Origin: Camelus ferus | Taxonomy: Eukaryota | Reading direction: 5' to 3' | Length of the DNA stretch: 64,000 bases | Assembly: GCF_009834535.1 (NCBI RefSeq) | Contig: NC_045696.1 | Coordinates: 59,646,001-59,710,000, forward strand | Shown here: piece by piece, positions 14,305-28,445 of the stretch | Layout: each line of letters starts with the position of its first letter | How positions within the stretch are numbered: position 1 is the stretch's first letter | Notes under the pieces: generated by a model | What the model was told of the DNA's origin: nothing | The model's input: the letters and a program-made list of their open reading frames with translations, nothing else | Databases searched by the model: none | Made by a program: the position numbers and the translations under genes

Positions 14305-15689
14305 GTAACCAACCTGAACTTATTCTCCTCCCCCTGCCCCATGCTTTCCAGGAGTGCAGTTGGCACCAGATGACAGCACTATTTGGTGCCTGAGCTGGGG
14401 GTTGGGGTCCCTGACATGCTAACATAGGACCAGGGACTGGAGAGAGGGGCCATGTAGATCTGAAAGAAGCAGTCTGTACCCCTGAGGAGCAGAGCCCTCC
14501 TTGGGAAAGGTCCTTACATGTCATGTCCAAGCTCCACCTAAGCTCTCTAAGAACTTTCTAAAGTTGAGGTATCAGGAAACTGGAACAAGACCGCCACCCT
14601 TGGTAGAAGAACTACTCCAGCTCCATCCACGAGTTACTTTGTTTTGTTTTTAACAGGATGAGGATTAAGGAATTCAAACTTTAGAAATCCACCAAACCAT
14701 TGGTCACATTTTCTTCCTTAATAGAGCCTCCTTGGGTATCTATCCTGTGACCTACAGGATATGTGTCTAGTCATTCTTTTTCTTGGTGCTGTTGTCATGG
14801 GCCAAGTAAATGGGCTGAATGTATCAGGTTCTAATTGTGCAAATGAAAACATTAGTCTCCATTAGCGTCTCCACACCACGTTTTTCTGAGTCCGTGTTCA
14901 TGGTAGGAGGACCAACATCTCCAGATTGGTTCACCTAGTACAGTAAGTACAAGTAAACGTGGAAATCCTCCCCTAGGGTCAGGAGTTCCAATGTTCAATA
15001 ATTATCTACTTAAAACTCCCACTCGTAATGGGCTAATTACTTTTTCAAATTCTTCCTGATTCAGAGAGTTTATGCTCTTAGCCCTATGGAATAGGCAGGA
15101 CTATGATTATGTTTTAAATATTATAGATGGAAACATTTCAGATGAGCTAGGATGTTGGCTAGTCCATTGACGTGTAATAAATATCATAGTTTGTCCCACA
15201 ACTCAAGACCTTTTCATGAAACCGTAAAATGTGCTTCCTGGCGTACTCTCATTTCTTAAGGAAGTCTCAGACTGCCGTCGTATTTTGTGTTAATACATTT
15301 CCTACCTCTAAATACATGAGCCCATGCATAGTTCACATAAATGCTGATAAATAAGTTATGATCCCTCGCACAGCCAACGTGGAGAAAAACTGAGATGGAC
15401 TGTCAAATGAAGGGATTTTTTTTTTTTTGGTATCTTGTTTCATGCATTATGTGAATTTGCCTTACCATCAACCATAAGTATGATTTATCAGCATCTCTTA
15501 GGGATGATAAATGCCTCCCAGATAGTGTATAAACCCTAAGATTGATTTCATAAAACCTTTAGTGATTACATAAAATCTGCGCATTTTGCCAAGAATTATC
15601 CCAAAGTGACTTTCTTGAGTCTCATAATCTTAATGTATGAGTGTAGTGCAGGAGTAAAAGGTAGCAATAGAGTTGTTGGTAATGTATTG

Positions 15690-15910
15690 AACGGTAATGG
15701 TTATGACCAAGAAGCCTGAAGTCAGCTTGCCTGGGCTGTACCTCTTTCTAACTGTGGGACTTTAAAGTTCCTTAACTAGCTGATGCCACCACTTCACATC
15801 TGTAAAATGGGGATGATTATAATAGAACTTCACCTCATAAAATCCTCTAGGGATCAAATGAGTTAATATACATAAAGCACTTGGGAAAGTGCTGGCTAGA
15901 TGAAACCTGC
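15690..15910 (+). mobile_element. MIR SINE
   Basis: Core catctgtaaaatggggatgattat...ggatcaaatgagttaatatacataaagcactt. Confidence 0.8.
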
Positions 15911-16693
15911 TATAATTAACACATATCTAGGCTGCCCTCAGAAGAGGATATCCCCAATGTTCTATACGCACCAAGATGGGCAGCATTTCACAAATGGGAA
16001 AAATACTTGATGGCCAAGATACACACAATGTTTCCAGTGGAAGGGGTGTGTGGCACTAACAAAGAGGATCTCAAGAGTAATAAGAAATGAATTTTCACCA
16101 AGTCAAGGTTCTTAACTTGAAGTAGCAGTCTGGTTAGGACTCATCGTTCAGACCCTGCCCCTGAGCTCCTTCCCCACCCCCACCCCCACCCTTCGTTGCT
16201 TCTGGGAAAGGGGGGATGGTGGCATAGTCGCTTGGCAGGACCTGCATACTGCCCGCAATGGAGACATTTGGAGCATGAGCAGATCTCCGTCTGAGATCCC
16301 GCTTCATTTTCATTCTTTGATTTTTGTTTGTAGAGCCAATGCTGTCATTTTTCAAGATAGGAAGCGTAATTGTAGGTAATCTAAAAAGGGGGAGAATCTC
16401 TCAATTTCTGTCTAGCTTCAGAATACGTTATGATATGTGGATTGGTTTGTCTAATTCTACCTTGCACAGACTAATATTACAATGAGCTCGCTTTCAGCCA
16501 GCTTCCCCACCCTCCCTGCCCCACTGATAGGAGGAAAGTATCCCAAAGTTTGTTGGGGGAGCATAGACTCGATGAGCCCAGAACATTTGCCACAGATAAT
16601 CCTGCAGCACACAACATCTGGGGCTCAACTGCACAGTCAACGGGAGGGAGCAACTGATGGATACTTATCTATAATTGTCTTTGTTCTTTTTAG

Positions 16694-16813
<120 letters not shown>

Positions 16814-17127
16814 TGATGAGCAGGTGGAAATGCTTCTCTACTTTGAGATAATGGGTCTTTAACTGTCCTTTGTCCCTCATTTTTCTTTACTGGCCACCCC
16901 AAGTCTCTCTCTCATAGATAAATACAACTTTTTTGTTTTTCTCCATGTTTTATCTTTTGTTTTACTCCATCCTATGCCAAGTGCTTTGGTTTCAAATAAG
17001 GCACATTGGACTCCATGTCTCCAGCCCAAGCCGAGCGAGCCATGCATGTCACGTGTAGAGGAGGCGTGCTGTGATACAGGTTCTGATTAAGGTGTTGCAC
17101 TTCAACTACATATACAGCATCCTTAAA

Positions 17128-17500
17128 TGCAAGGCTTCTCAGTGTGGGCTCAGCCCAGCCTCACCAGAATCACCGAGAACTTGTTAGAAATGCATATTTT
17201 GGACCCCACTCCAGATCTGTTGAATCAGAATCCCCAGGGCTGGAACCCAACCACCTGAGTTTTAAGAAGCCCTCCAGGTGATGCTGACACCCACTCAAGT
17301 TTGAGAATCCCTGCTCTAATGCAGTTGTTTCAAGCTTGGCTACGCATTGGAATCACCTGCGGAGCTTTGAAAAATACTGGTTCCTGGGCCCCATCCCTGA
17401 TTCTGGTAAGATCAGCCTGGGCTTAGCCTGGGCGTTGAGGGTTTCACACATTTCTGGGTGAGAGGAACATGCAGCCAGGGTTGAGCACTTGTGCTGTAAT
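17128..17500. mobile_element. Two adjacent MER5A/MER5B-like hAT-Charlie elements
   Basis: ttctcagtgtgg...ttgttagaaatgca...gaatcagaatc...aagtttgagaatccctg, then gttgtttcaagcttggctacgcattggaatcacctg...gggttgagcac. Confidence 0.75.
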
Positions 17501-19349
17501 GGAAGCCAAGAGAAGACTCAGAGCTGAGGTACCTCTTTTAATGTCTATCAGTCTGTCTTTCTGCCTACCTCATTCCTTCCTTACACATTTGACTGTCTAC
17601 TGTGTGCAAGATAGTGTGCCAGGCCCCCTGGGGAATCGGACATTCGAACATGGCTCCCATACTCACGTTCACAAAATAAAGCTTCTCTGAGCATCTTTCT
17701 AGCCTGACACTGCTGTGGTAGAAATGATTCTACGAGTATCCTGTTGGCTAAGTGACAGAATGACACTTGACTGGGTGAAAGCCAGACAAAAAAAAGCAGA
17801 CATGATTTTTTTTAATGGAGTATTATTATGGAAATGGTCCCAAACTGGAATTTGATAGAACAGAAAACCCAAGAAAAGTACTTCTCTCACGTGTTGGCCA
17901 TCCTATTAGATGCCCTGTACCTTATTACCTTTGCTAAACAATGTATTTCTCTTATGATGCTTCTGGTTGATTATTTATCAACAGCATCCAGAAGGGTCTT
18001 TTTGAGGTTTTAAAGCACTGTGTGTGTCCTGTCTTCAACTTTGAATTTGTTTTGAGTGCATATGACCTGTGTTCTGAGTGTGCCTCTGACTCTTCTGCTT
18101 CCTTATCTTTGCTCACACAGCTCTCGCTGCCTAGAAAGGATTTGACCCCTCTGCCCGCACGTGTGCACACACGCACAGTCGCTCTTAGAATTCTTCCTAT
18201 CCTTTAAAGGTCACACGTTGCTTCCTGCCTGAATCCTTGCATTTCTCTATGCTTGCAGTACGGTTTGTGCCTCTCCACAGCATCTGTAACAATTGCCTTT
18301 TGGCAGGTTAACAATGTACCTTTCTATGACCACACCTCCCCTGGCCCGTGGGCCCCTGGAGGTTGACTGGTGGTTTGCCTAGTTCATTTTGTCCATGTTA
18401 CAGTGTCTGGTGTTAAACTGTATTTTCCTTTAGTCCTGCATTCCTCATATCCCTGTTTCTAGCCAATTTCTCAACTTTGACTTGTAAGTCAAATATGCCC
18501 CAGATTTCACACCCTACCCCCCATTTCCTGCATGCTGCCTGAGGAGCCTGTGTATTAGTTGGAAAGGCCAATGGAAGCCAGAAAACCGGCCCAATAGGAG
18601 TCCCTGGGGCGTGGCTGGGGGCTGAGGAGAGCAGCACACTCTCCGGATTGTTCCCGAAGCTTTCCAGAAAGCAGAGTCTGTGCGGCTTTTTCCCACTCCA
18701 TCAGGTGGGTTTCCCTAAGCCCTGCCCTCAGAAACCATCTGCTCTAGGCCCACATCTATAAAAAATTAACCCTCAATAAAGAAAATCCCTTATTATCCAT
18801 TATTGTAAAGAGAGCACAGAAAACTCAAGTCGCAGAAAGGCCCGCACATTCCCAGGACCCAGAATTTTCTACTCCGGATGTGGGAGCTGTGAGGCTGTGT
18901 GATTTGTAACTTGGCTGGGGGGACCCAGGCACGGGAGGCAGCCCCTCCCTGCTCTACACAGGAAGCGCACCCAGAGCTGGGCATCTGGTCAGAGAGAGAA
19001 GCTGACCAGAGGCGTGTGACTGCCTGTCCTCTCCTGCCAAAGGCCCCCCGATAAACTCACAATGCTCACTTGCCCGAAGAGGGTCCAGCCACCAGCTGTT
19101 TTGCCCATTTTCCTTGAACAAGTCCTGCTGTAACGACACACCTCTGGGGAAGAGGCACGTGAGTGAGAAAATTGCTACTTTCTGGGATGGTTGGCGGGAA
19201 GTGGAATTTTTTGTTTTATTTCCGGTTGTTTGGCTTCCTTCACAACCACGTAGCAAGTCCTATCTTGTCTAGCTTTAAAATGTTTCCTGTAATCCTTCCA
19301 ATGTTTTGTTCTCACTAATCTCAGTTTATGGCAAGCCCCCACATTACAC

Positions 19350-19915
19350 ACCTGGAGATATAGATATGTATTATACACAAATGTAAAGGGTACATTTTAT
19401 TTTAGTATATTCACAGACACGTGCGGCCGTCCCCACAGTCAACTTTAGAACATTTTCATCACTTCCAAAAGCAACCCCACACCCTTTAGCTATCACCCCT
19501 CCACCGAGCCCTCTGACCTACTCCCCGAGCCCTAAGCAACCGACAGTCTATTTTCTATCTCTGTAGATTTTCCTATTCTGGGTATTTCATTAAAAAATGG
19601 TATGATGTAATGTGTGTTCTTTTGTGACCTTTTTTGTGGTGTCTTTCACTCAACGTAAAGTATTCAAGGTGTGTCTGTGTTATAGCATGTCTCGGTACTT
19701 TGTTCATTTTTATGGTCAAGTAATATTTCATTGTATGAATATAATGCATTTTGTTTTTTCATTCATCAATTGATGAACATTTGAATTGTGTCTGTCTTTT
19801 CATTGTTATTAATAATACTGCTATGATCATTTTATACAAGTTTTTATGTGGACATGTGTGTTGGTTTCTCTCAGGTATGTACGTGGGAGTGGAATCCCTG
19901 GATCGCGTGGGGACT
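19350..19915 (-). mobile_element. L1MB-like 3' fragment
   Basis: ttagtatattcacaga...ttagaacattttcatcac...ctgtagattttcctattctgg...cattcatcaattgatgaacatttg. Confidence 0.8.
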
Positions 19916-20984
19916 CTGTGTTTACACACTCGGGCTTTTGCAGCGATCTCCTAACTGGTCTTTCTGTGTCTGTTCCCCAGTCTCCACCCTCTGTGTTGCT
20001 ATTAGGCCTGCATTCATCTATCTGAAGCATTGCTTTCACCATGGTTTTTCTTCTTTTTAAGATCTGCAGTACTTTATCATTGAGAAGCTCACCATCAAAT
20101 CCTAATTCATTCCTCTAGCTCGATTCCATCGGTGGCCTACATACATCTTGCTTGTCTAACTGTAGTTTCACTTTTTCTAGAATCTCAATGTGCGTTCTCT
20201 TTAAATGATAATGAGGTCTTTGGAGGATAAGGAGGACCATGTGCTCAGGCATAGTCCTCATTGTCCTCTGAAGACACAGTGATTATTTCCCATGTATTTT
20301 GGTTTATACGTCTTCCCTTTATAGAGTGCCACTCCTCCGACTTTCACTTCACCAACCTCTACCTGTCCTTTAAACCCTAGCTGAAGGCTTTGTCTTGGCT
20401 AAAACTTCAGTGACCACTCCCAGGCCCAGTGATTTCTCCCTGTTCTCGCTGGCTGTAACCAGTGAGGATACCTTCTCTTGTCTCTCATTGCTCTCTATTT
20501 TGTGTGTGTTGAGGGTGGTTGAAAGTCTCAGCCAGCTAGAATATAAGGTTCTTGAGGGAAGGAACTAAAATGTACCCTTCACTAACCTTCACAACACCCA
20601 GACCTTGGGGCATGGAAGGTCATTTTGGAGGACGACAGAGAGTGGACTGGGGTGAGGGCCTAGAGGCACAAACAACGGTTGGAGGCCAAGATCTTAGCCT
20701 GGGAATGAATGATGTGAGTATTGTTGGTGAAACTGGAAAGGAAGGACTTACACCAGGGAAAACAACTGGACATGACTCCATGGTTTCCAGCTCAAGAGAC
20801 CTGAAGGATGAGAGAGGTCATTGCAGGGAGAAAGTGATAAGGAATAAAGTGGAGACTCCAAGTTGGGAATGTGTGGAATTTGAAGCGAGGAGGGTTGGTA
20901 CAAGAGATTTGCTCTTGTGCAGCTTTAAGAAGGAGGCTGTGGACACATACAGAGGTGGCAGCCATCGGAATAGACACCCGTGCC

Positions 20985-21340
20985 TCCCTCCCCCTCCCTG
21001 CATTCCCTTCTCTTTTGTCCCCCTCTTATTCCCTCCGTTCTGGGCTTATTTCCCTTCATCCCCACTTCTTCACCTCTCTTCCACCCTTCTGCCTGTATTT
21101 ACAGTTTCACTTCCTTTTTCTACTTTTATCTTCCTCCATTTCTTTTTGATTCCATTTTTCTTTCACAAATCTACTTTCTTTCCCTAACGTTTCTCCCTTT
21201 TTCCCACCTCTCCTTTTTTTTCTATTTCTGTATGCATCTTTATATCTCTTGTTCCTCTTTTACCCTCCTTTCCCCATCAAAGAACAGTCTGCCCTTTTTC
21301 TTTTCTCTTCTCTCCTTACCCCACCCACCTCCTCCCAGAG
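20985..21340 (+). repeat. Long pyrimidine-rich (CT) tract upstream of the 21396 acceptor
   Basis: About 350 nt of mostly C/T. Explains the Phe/Leu/Ser/Pro-rich ORFs. Confidence 0.85.
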
Positions 21341-21395
21341 CACAGTTGTACACATGTCCCTCTGTGTCTAACGGGGCCTGTTTTCATCCCTGTAG

Positions 21396-21794
<399 letters not shown>

Positions 21795-23243
21795 TGAAGC
21801 CTCTCCTGTCCTTCTGTTTTGGGCACATCCTCCTGATGGTCCCTACTACTGACAGGATCCAGGGTTGAGGTCTTAGAGGCAGTGCCAGGCCACACGGGCA
21901 GTGGGGGCCCAGGGCAACACCTACCATTGCCTTGATCTCTGTGTTTGTCAAGACTATGGGGTTTTTGAGAAGATATAGTTGAAAGTCCAATTAAAACACA
22001 GTGACACTTTTATATCTGTTGGATCCCATATGTTAGGGTTTCTTCTGGTGCCAACTAAGAGATGTGGATTTTCTCCAAAATCTTTTCTTTAAAAGTCAAA
22101 TAATCAAATTATGCAAAACACTAAGTAATTTGGGCTGATTCTTCTCACAGGAGGATACAGTGACACTCTGAAAATGACATTTTCCCACAGAAAGCCTGGG
22201 AAATTGATCAGAGGCAGTTGTATAACCCTTTTCTATATTCATTCTTAACTTATAAGGGTGGAGTTTTCCCTCCGTTTGAATAGTGTGCAGGTCACTCCTC
22301 AAATGCAAAGAATAAAAGGAAGGTGAGAGGCATGTCACAGGAAGTATATAGTTCCAGGGAAATCTGATGAAATGCAGCTCATGTTTAGAGATGCTTGCTC
22401 AACCTCACGTATTCTAGCTGCTTCACTAAACCTGAAACCAGTCTAGTTTCAAATCTAGGTTCTAGTCATGCTGGAGTGCGCCCACCTTTCCTGTCTTTGG
22501 GGTCTTCCTGGCTCAGCACTTCTGGTTGCATGATGAGGAGAGTAGGGGCAGCAGTGAGCCTGTGCCCTGGCCTCTCTTCTCCTCCTAGGTCAGGGCTGGG
22601 CTGTGCACCATCCTTCCCCTCCCTCCTCCTCCAAACCATCTCCTTCCTTGTCTCCAGGAAGAGAGCTGGGTTTCATGTGCAGGCATTCCAGTCTCCCAAC
22701 CCTGCAGAAATGACTTAGAGAATCAGCACACGGCATGGCCTTTATTGAGGACTAGTGTTAGAGATAATGACGTGTAGAACATCACGGCCATTTGGACAGA
22801 ACCATTTTGGAAGATGCCATCATGTTTGTTTTTGAAGTTTCTTACATGAAGACTCCTAGAAATTCTCCTAAGATCTCAGAGCTGGGCATGGGGAGTTCTC
22901 TCCTGAAAAACCAGTGTGTTTCCTGCCTTTAAATGACAAGAGCTTGAGGTCCTCCTTTGCCTTTGACTGTTAGATGGCTAGCACCCAGTTCTGTGGTTGC
23001 TTACAGGAGCTCCTCCTTAGCCCAGATTTCCCTGTGTAACATCCCCTCCTTCCCTAACCCACTTAATGCATGACACTTCTAAATCATTTTTCTTGTATCA
23101 GATTTTTTTTTGTAGTTTTCAAATTTAAGCATCCCAAAGCCTTTTTAGAAATTGGTGGGGTTGTGAATTAAAAAAAAACAAAACTAACCTGACTCATCCA
23201 TCCATACTTCCAGTGTCTTAAACCAATCAAGATGCAGTTCTAA

Positions 23244-23377
23244 TGGGGGGGGGAGGGGGCGCTATAGCTCAGTGACTGAGGGCCTGCCTAGCATGCACAA
23301 GGTCCTGAGCTCAATCCCCAGTACTTCCATCAATCAATCAATAAACCTAATTACCTGCCCCCTCCAAAAGGGAAAAA
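23244..23377 (+). mobile_element. tRNA-derived SINE, Vic-1 (camelid)-like, with perfect 15-bp TSD
   Basis: G-rich head, A-box tagctcagtg, B-box-like gagctcaatcc, body gcctagcatgcacaaggtcctg, tail aataaacctaattacct plus an A-run. TSD aagatgcagttctaa at 23229-23243 and 23378-23392. Confidence 0.85.
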
Positions 23378-25854
23378 AAGATGCAGTTCTAAGAGAAATA
23401 CAGCTTTTCCCCTCTCCCTATTAATTCCATAACACTGAGGTTCCTAGGATTAATTCTGTGGCATGGACAAGGAAGGGAAGTGGAGGCTGGATAGGCTGCC
23501 CTGTTTTGCTGTAGGCAGATGGAGGGGTGGGCTCTGGGTCTTCATTTGTAACTTCTTGTTTTAGGATGAGAGGACCATGCAGGTCACTGAAAAGGGAAAA
23601 AATTAAGTAGTAGGAATTTATTGTAGAGAGGTTATAAAATTATTGGGGATAAAAGCCTTAATAAGATACTTTTGACCCCTTTTAAGTGTGCTTGTAGCAG
23701 AACGGCTGCTGAGTAAAAGAAAAATGTTTTGCTGAGCTTTTACTATACATAAATAATATACGATTTATTTTCTCATTAAAGTCAGTTTTATTCCAAGTAA
23801 ATTGATATTTAATTATCAGTATTCTCTGGAGTTCCTCCCTTTAGGTGTTGCAGGAACATAAAAACTTTAGGAGTGTTCAATATTCTCTGTGTAAATCTGC
23901 TTTGGCGGTCCTTGTGGAGTCTAAATTAAATGTGGAGCCGCCTTCTTATCATAAACCATAGCAGGAATCCAAGGAGACCTCATTGGTTTTGGTGGTTGAT
24001 TGGTGGACTTGCCAAATTTCTTTGGGAGGTTAAACTAGTTGGTGTTTTCTATTGCACACTGAAGCATATTTCTTATTTCTGTCTTATTTTTATGCCTAGA
24101 AGTTCCTTTGATGATGTATGAGAACAGATTGGGAGGGCTAAAATTAGGAAAGAGGTGGGGAGAATCAGAGAACTTCAGATTAGCAAAAGTAAATGCAACT
24201 TTCTGAACAGTGATGCTATTATACTAACCAGAACCAAGGACAGGGCTGAGGACTGATCATGTCTTCCTCCCAAACATGAGCTCTGGGCAGTTCACCTCTT
24301 CTTTGATCACTCAAAGCTCCCTTCTTCATACAGGAATGTCTCCAAGATAATACAAAGGATTGAATTTTCTTATCAGATGCGCACTAATTAGGTATCTTAC
24401 AAAGTATAAAGCTTTAGTAATAGTTTCAAAGATACAAATAATCTTAAGCAGGGGTAAAACAGAGAGAAATCCAGAACTGCCAATTGTTCCAAGTCCTTTC
24501 TTACAGCATCAGGATGTGCTATGGCCCAGATTCACGTACATGCTTCTAAATGATATATATTGCGTCCTGTCACTTACCCTGAAGAGAGTAATATTGGTCA
24601 TGAAATGTAATCAGTTTTTACCTAGGGAGTTACATAGCTTATGTGATACTTTCCCAAGGAGCCATGGATTCCAGGTTTGTCTACCATAAGAAGTCCTAGT
24701 CAGGCCACATATATCCTGCTAAAAGCATTCCTTAAATACTCTTCTGCCTGCAAGTGCCATCAGTTTGTCAGGAGGTCTATCATGAATATGTTTATAAGGT
24801 TTGATCTTGTCAACATCTTTCTTTCCTGGAAGTGCGTCCCCACCCATCCACCCAATTCCTGCCTTCCCTCCCTTCCCCCTGAGAAGAAGAGAGTATGGAT
24901 TGTAGATCTGTGACTTAACTATTTCCTTCCCAGTGTCAAAGTGAGCAAGATACAATAACTCTGATAGGAAGAGATGAAAGCTAGCATTCCGCTGGTTTGG
25001 GCAAAATCATTCCAGGGTAGTCTATGGTTACTGAAATAGTTGGAAACAATTTTACTTTACTCCATCAACCAGACATTACGTATCTCTTATGGAGATGGTA
25101 ATGACCTAGTCTCTAATGAGGAAGTAAGAGAGGGCATGCTCCAGGAAGTCTCAACATGGTGGAGGACATGAGGGAGACAGGTTGGCATGGTGGATGGATT
25201 TGGACTCAAGAGACCTAGATTCAAGCCCCTATATGGCCTCCAATGAATTCTATAGCCTGGGGGAAATCTCTATCCTTGATCAGTGTCCTCGTCTGACAAT
25301 AGTAAGACTAGTCCATAATCCCATCTATTGGCCCCAGGTTAAGAATTCCTGGTCCATATGATCTAAAAATCTTTTATAACTCTGAAAGGCTATAAACCTA
25401 TAATGTCTGTAACCCCTGGTTGCTCCCAGTGTGGTGGAAGTCAGCATTCAGGCAGAAGAAGTGTGTAAATAAAAGTGGTGCTGGCAGTAGGTGAGCGATA
25501 TGTGAGAGCTGTGTGTCCTTTGCACACTCATTGTCTCTTCTTTATGATCATACAGTACTGCATCTCTGTTCATGTGTTTTGCCAGGAGTATTCCCTTCTC
25601 TAGGAGGTCAGGGGAATGACAGAGAAGGCCTGGTGGCTGACTTCTAGTGCCAGCTATTTGGAAGTTAGGTTGAATTGAGTTAGTTTGGATTAGATTGAGT
25701 TGAGGAAGCTTAGTGTGGGGAAAAAAATTGTGGTTGAATTCTTTGGATATAACCCCTCAACCCCACCCTACTTTCCTTATAGCTCAGAGGGGACATTTCA
25801 GAGAATGAAGATGGTGTCTTAACTCCTTGAGGAATCGGTATATAATTGCCTTGA

Positions 25855-26118
<264 letters not shown>

Positions 26119-26444
26119 TAAAGGCAGGCCAGGGGCAAAGCTGGAAGAGAGGAGAAATGGCAAGTTGTTATGTAGGTCTTTGGGAGGTGAGAATTGATCC
26201 ACAGGGGTCAGCTGGGCTAACACCTGCCTCCAGGTAGGACCCGGCCTAAGCCGTGTAGGTGTGTGGACAACTTGCTGCCTGGGAGGCAGAGTAGGACAGG
26301 CCATCGTCGTTGCTATAGGGGTGCTAGAGCCCTGACCCACAGCGGTCCCGTTCCTCTGAATCACATTTGCATGGCATTTGTCATCAGAATAAGTAGAAAT
26401 CCTGTGCACACACACAGACCCACTGTCTTCAGCCTTATGGCCTT

Positions 26445-26550
26445 CTCTTTTTTTATAGTAATGAAATATACATGACATAAGGTTTACCATTCTAAGCGTT
26501 TTTAAGTGTACAGTTCAGTGACATTAAGTACATTCATGTTGGTGTGCGAC
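26445..26550 (-). mobile_element. Short L1M 3' terminus
   Basis: tttttttatagtaatgaaatatacatgacataaggtttaccatt...aagtgtacagttcagtgacattaagtacattca. Confidence 0.7.
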
Positions 26551-27149
26551 TGCCCTCATGCCCTTCCTCGCAGGTGAGAAAAGTCCAGCCAGATAAACGT
26601 GATAGGACTTTGCCAAAGCACTTTCAGTCGCTGGTACCATGTTCTTGGGACCCAGAAACCTATTGGAGCGAGACTCCAATAAAGTACTCTTAACACCACA
26701 AAACAGAGCAGATACGGGCAGAGCCGGCATCCTGGGGTAGAAGCTGTTAGATGAGTTACTCCTCAACATCCCAGTCTGGGCTGGCAAACAGGTGTTAGGG
26801 ATGCAAGTCTACTCTGTTGTACTTAGTAAACTGGTGGGGGATTTTCTCTTTTCTGGGTTCCACATCCCCCATCACCCTCCCTACCCACCCCCACGCCATC
26901 TGAAAGACTTGGTCTGATCCCAGTACTTCCTGGGCCACCCTTAGCACAGGAAGCCCCACTTCTCCACACACAGGAGCCCTGATTACCTTCCCCAGACTGA
27001 GCACTGATCCACTGAACGTGTTCCTGGGGTCACAGTTTCTCTACCTTCTTCTTTTCTGTTTGCACCTGCTCCCCACCCCGACTGCTGCGTGGCTGCCTGC
27101 ATAAATACCCTCCTCCTCCAGCCTGTCCCTGACCTGTATATCCAATCTA

Positions 27150-27340
27150 GCTACTCCAAGTATGATCTGTGGACCAGCAGCAGCAGCACCTGGGAGCCTG
27201 TCAGAAGTGTGAATTCATTGGCTCCATCCCACCCCTACTGAATCCTGATCTCTTACGGGTTGAGAAATGGATAGGAATCTGTGTTTTTGTAGGCGATCCA
27301 GGTGGTTCTTATGCACGCTGAAGTTTTAGAACCTCTGTTA
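27150..27340. mobile_element. MER5A-like element
   Basis: gctactccaagtatgatctgtggaccagcagcagc...gttcttatgcacgctgaagttttagaacctctg. Confidence 0.7.
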
Positions 27341-27836
27341 AAGGTTTAAAATGGTATAAATATAAACTGTTGAGACTTGTGCACCCCACTGTACAGAGGC
27401 AATCAAAGGGAAGATCTTAGGAGTGGGGTATAAGAAATGAAGCGACGACAAAGAGAGTGGAGTCAAGGGCACTCAGGCAGTGTTTGTCCTCAGCCTCACT
27501 TTGAGCTCCAAGTCAGGGACAGTGGGAGCTGTGGAGGAAAAAGAGATGGGGTTTATACCATTATAGGAGGTCCCTGGCTAATAGCGGGGCTGGGGGAAGG
27601 CTGCCTAGGAGTTTTGCAGGAGATCCCACTGATACTGTTCTGTAGAGGAGACCTGGTTCAGGAAGGTGGGTCTGACCCCAGTTCTGCAGAGCCGTGTCCT
27701 CAGGTGTTCAGAAGTTGCAGGAATCAGCCCAAGAGAAAAGTGCTGTGGGGGCGGAGGTTCTCACAGTCGGGGCGTGGAGCGTGGCACCCACACATGGCTC
27801 GAGAAACTCCACAGGCTGGGAATGCGTGTTTTTCAG

Positions 27837-28027
27837 GGTTCGACGAGAACCTGGACGTGCAGGGGGAGCTGATTCTGCAGGATGCCTTTCAAGTGTGGGA
27901 CCCGAAGTCGCTGATCCGGAAGGGGCGGGAGCGACACCTGTTCCTCTTTGAGATCTCCTTGGTTTTTAGCAAGGAGATCAAAGACTCTTCAGGACACACG
28001 AAATATGTTTACAAGAACAAGCTACTG
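27837..28027 (+). CDS. KALRN: Kalirin PH1 exon: (G)FDENLDVQGELILQDAFQVWDPKSLIRKGRERHLFLFEISLVFSKEIKDSSGHTKYVYKNKLL
   Basis: Acceptor tttttcAG, donor CTG|GTAGGT. 191 nt, phase 1 to 0. PH motif ERHLFLFE. Confidence 0.97.
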
Positions 28028-28445
28028 GTAGGTGGGGCAGGTGGGGTCAGATGAGTCTCCCCATTTGCATAGCGCCCTTGGGCAGGAAGGGATCTCGGAC
28101 ACTCAGCTCATCTCTCCCCTGGTGCCACACCAAAACCATCCTGGACAAGTGCAAATGCATCCTAGCTGGAAAGCCCCCACTTCTGCATCTTAGAGGTCAC
28201 TGTTCTTCCTGCTGGCTTTTGGCGCCTCCCTCTTCACCTTCCCTCCCTGCTGCCTGCTCATCAGGCGTGCCTGTAGGTCCTTTCATCCCGGGTAGAGGAA
28301 CAGAATATGCGGTCTGTTTAAGTTTGATTGACAGAGCCCCTCCCTCGGTCCTCTCCTCTCTGTTGCCTTTCCCTCCCCACCCCAGCCCTAAGTCTCCCCA
28401 CCGCCCTCCCCTCCCCCGCCTCTCACAGGCATTTCCTGTCTACAG

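Noticed and set aside
23255..23330. tRNA-like sequence
   Set aside because: SINE head with tail and TSD, degenerate B box and no intact cloverleaf.
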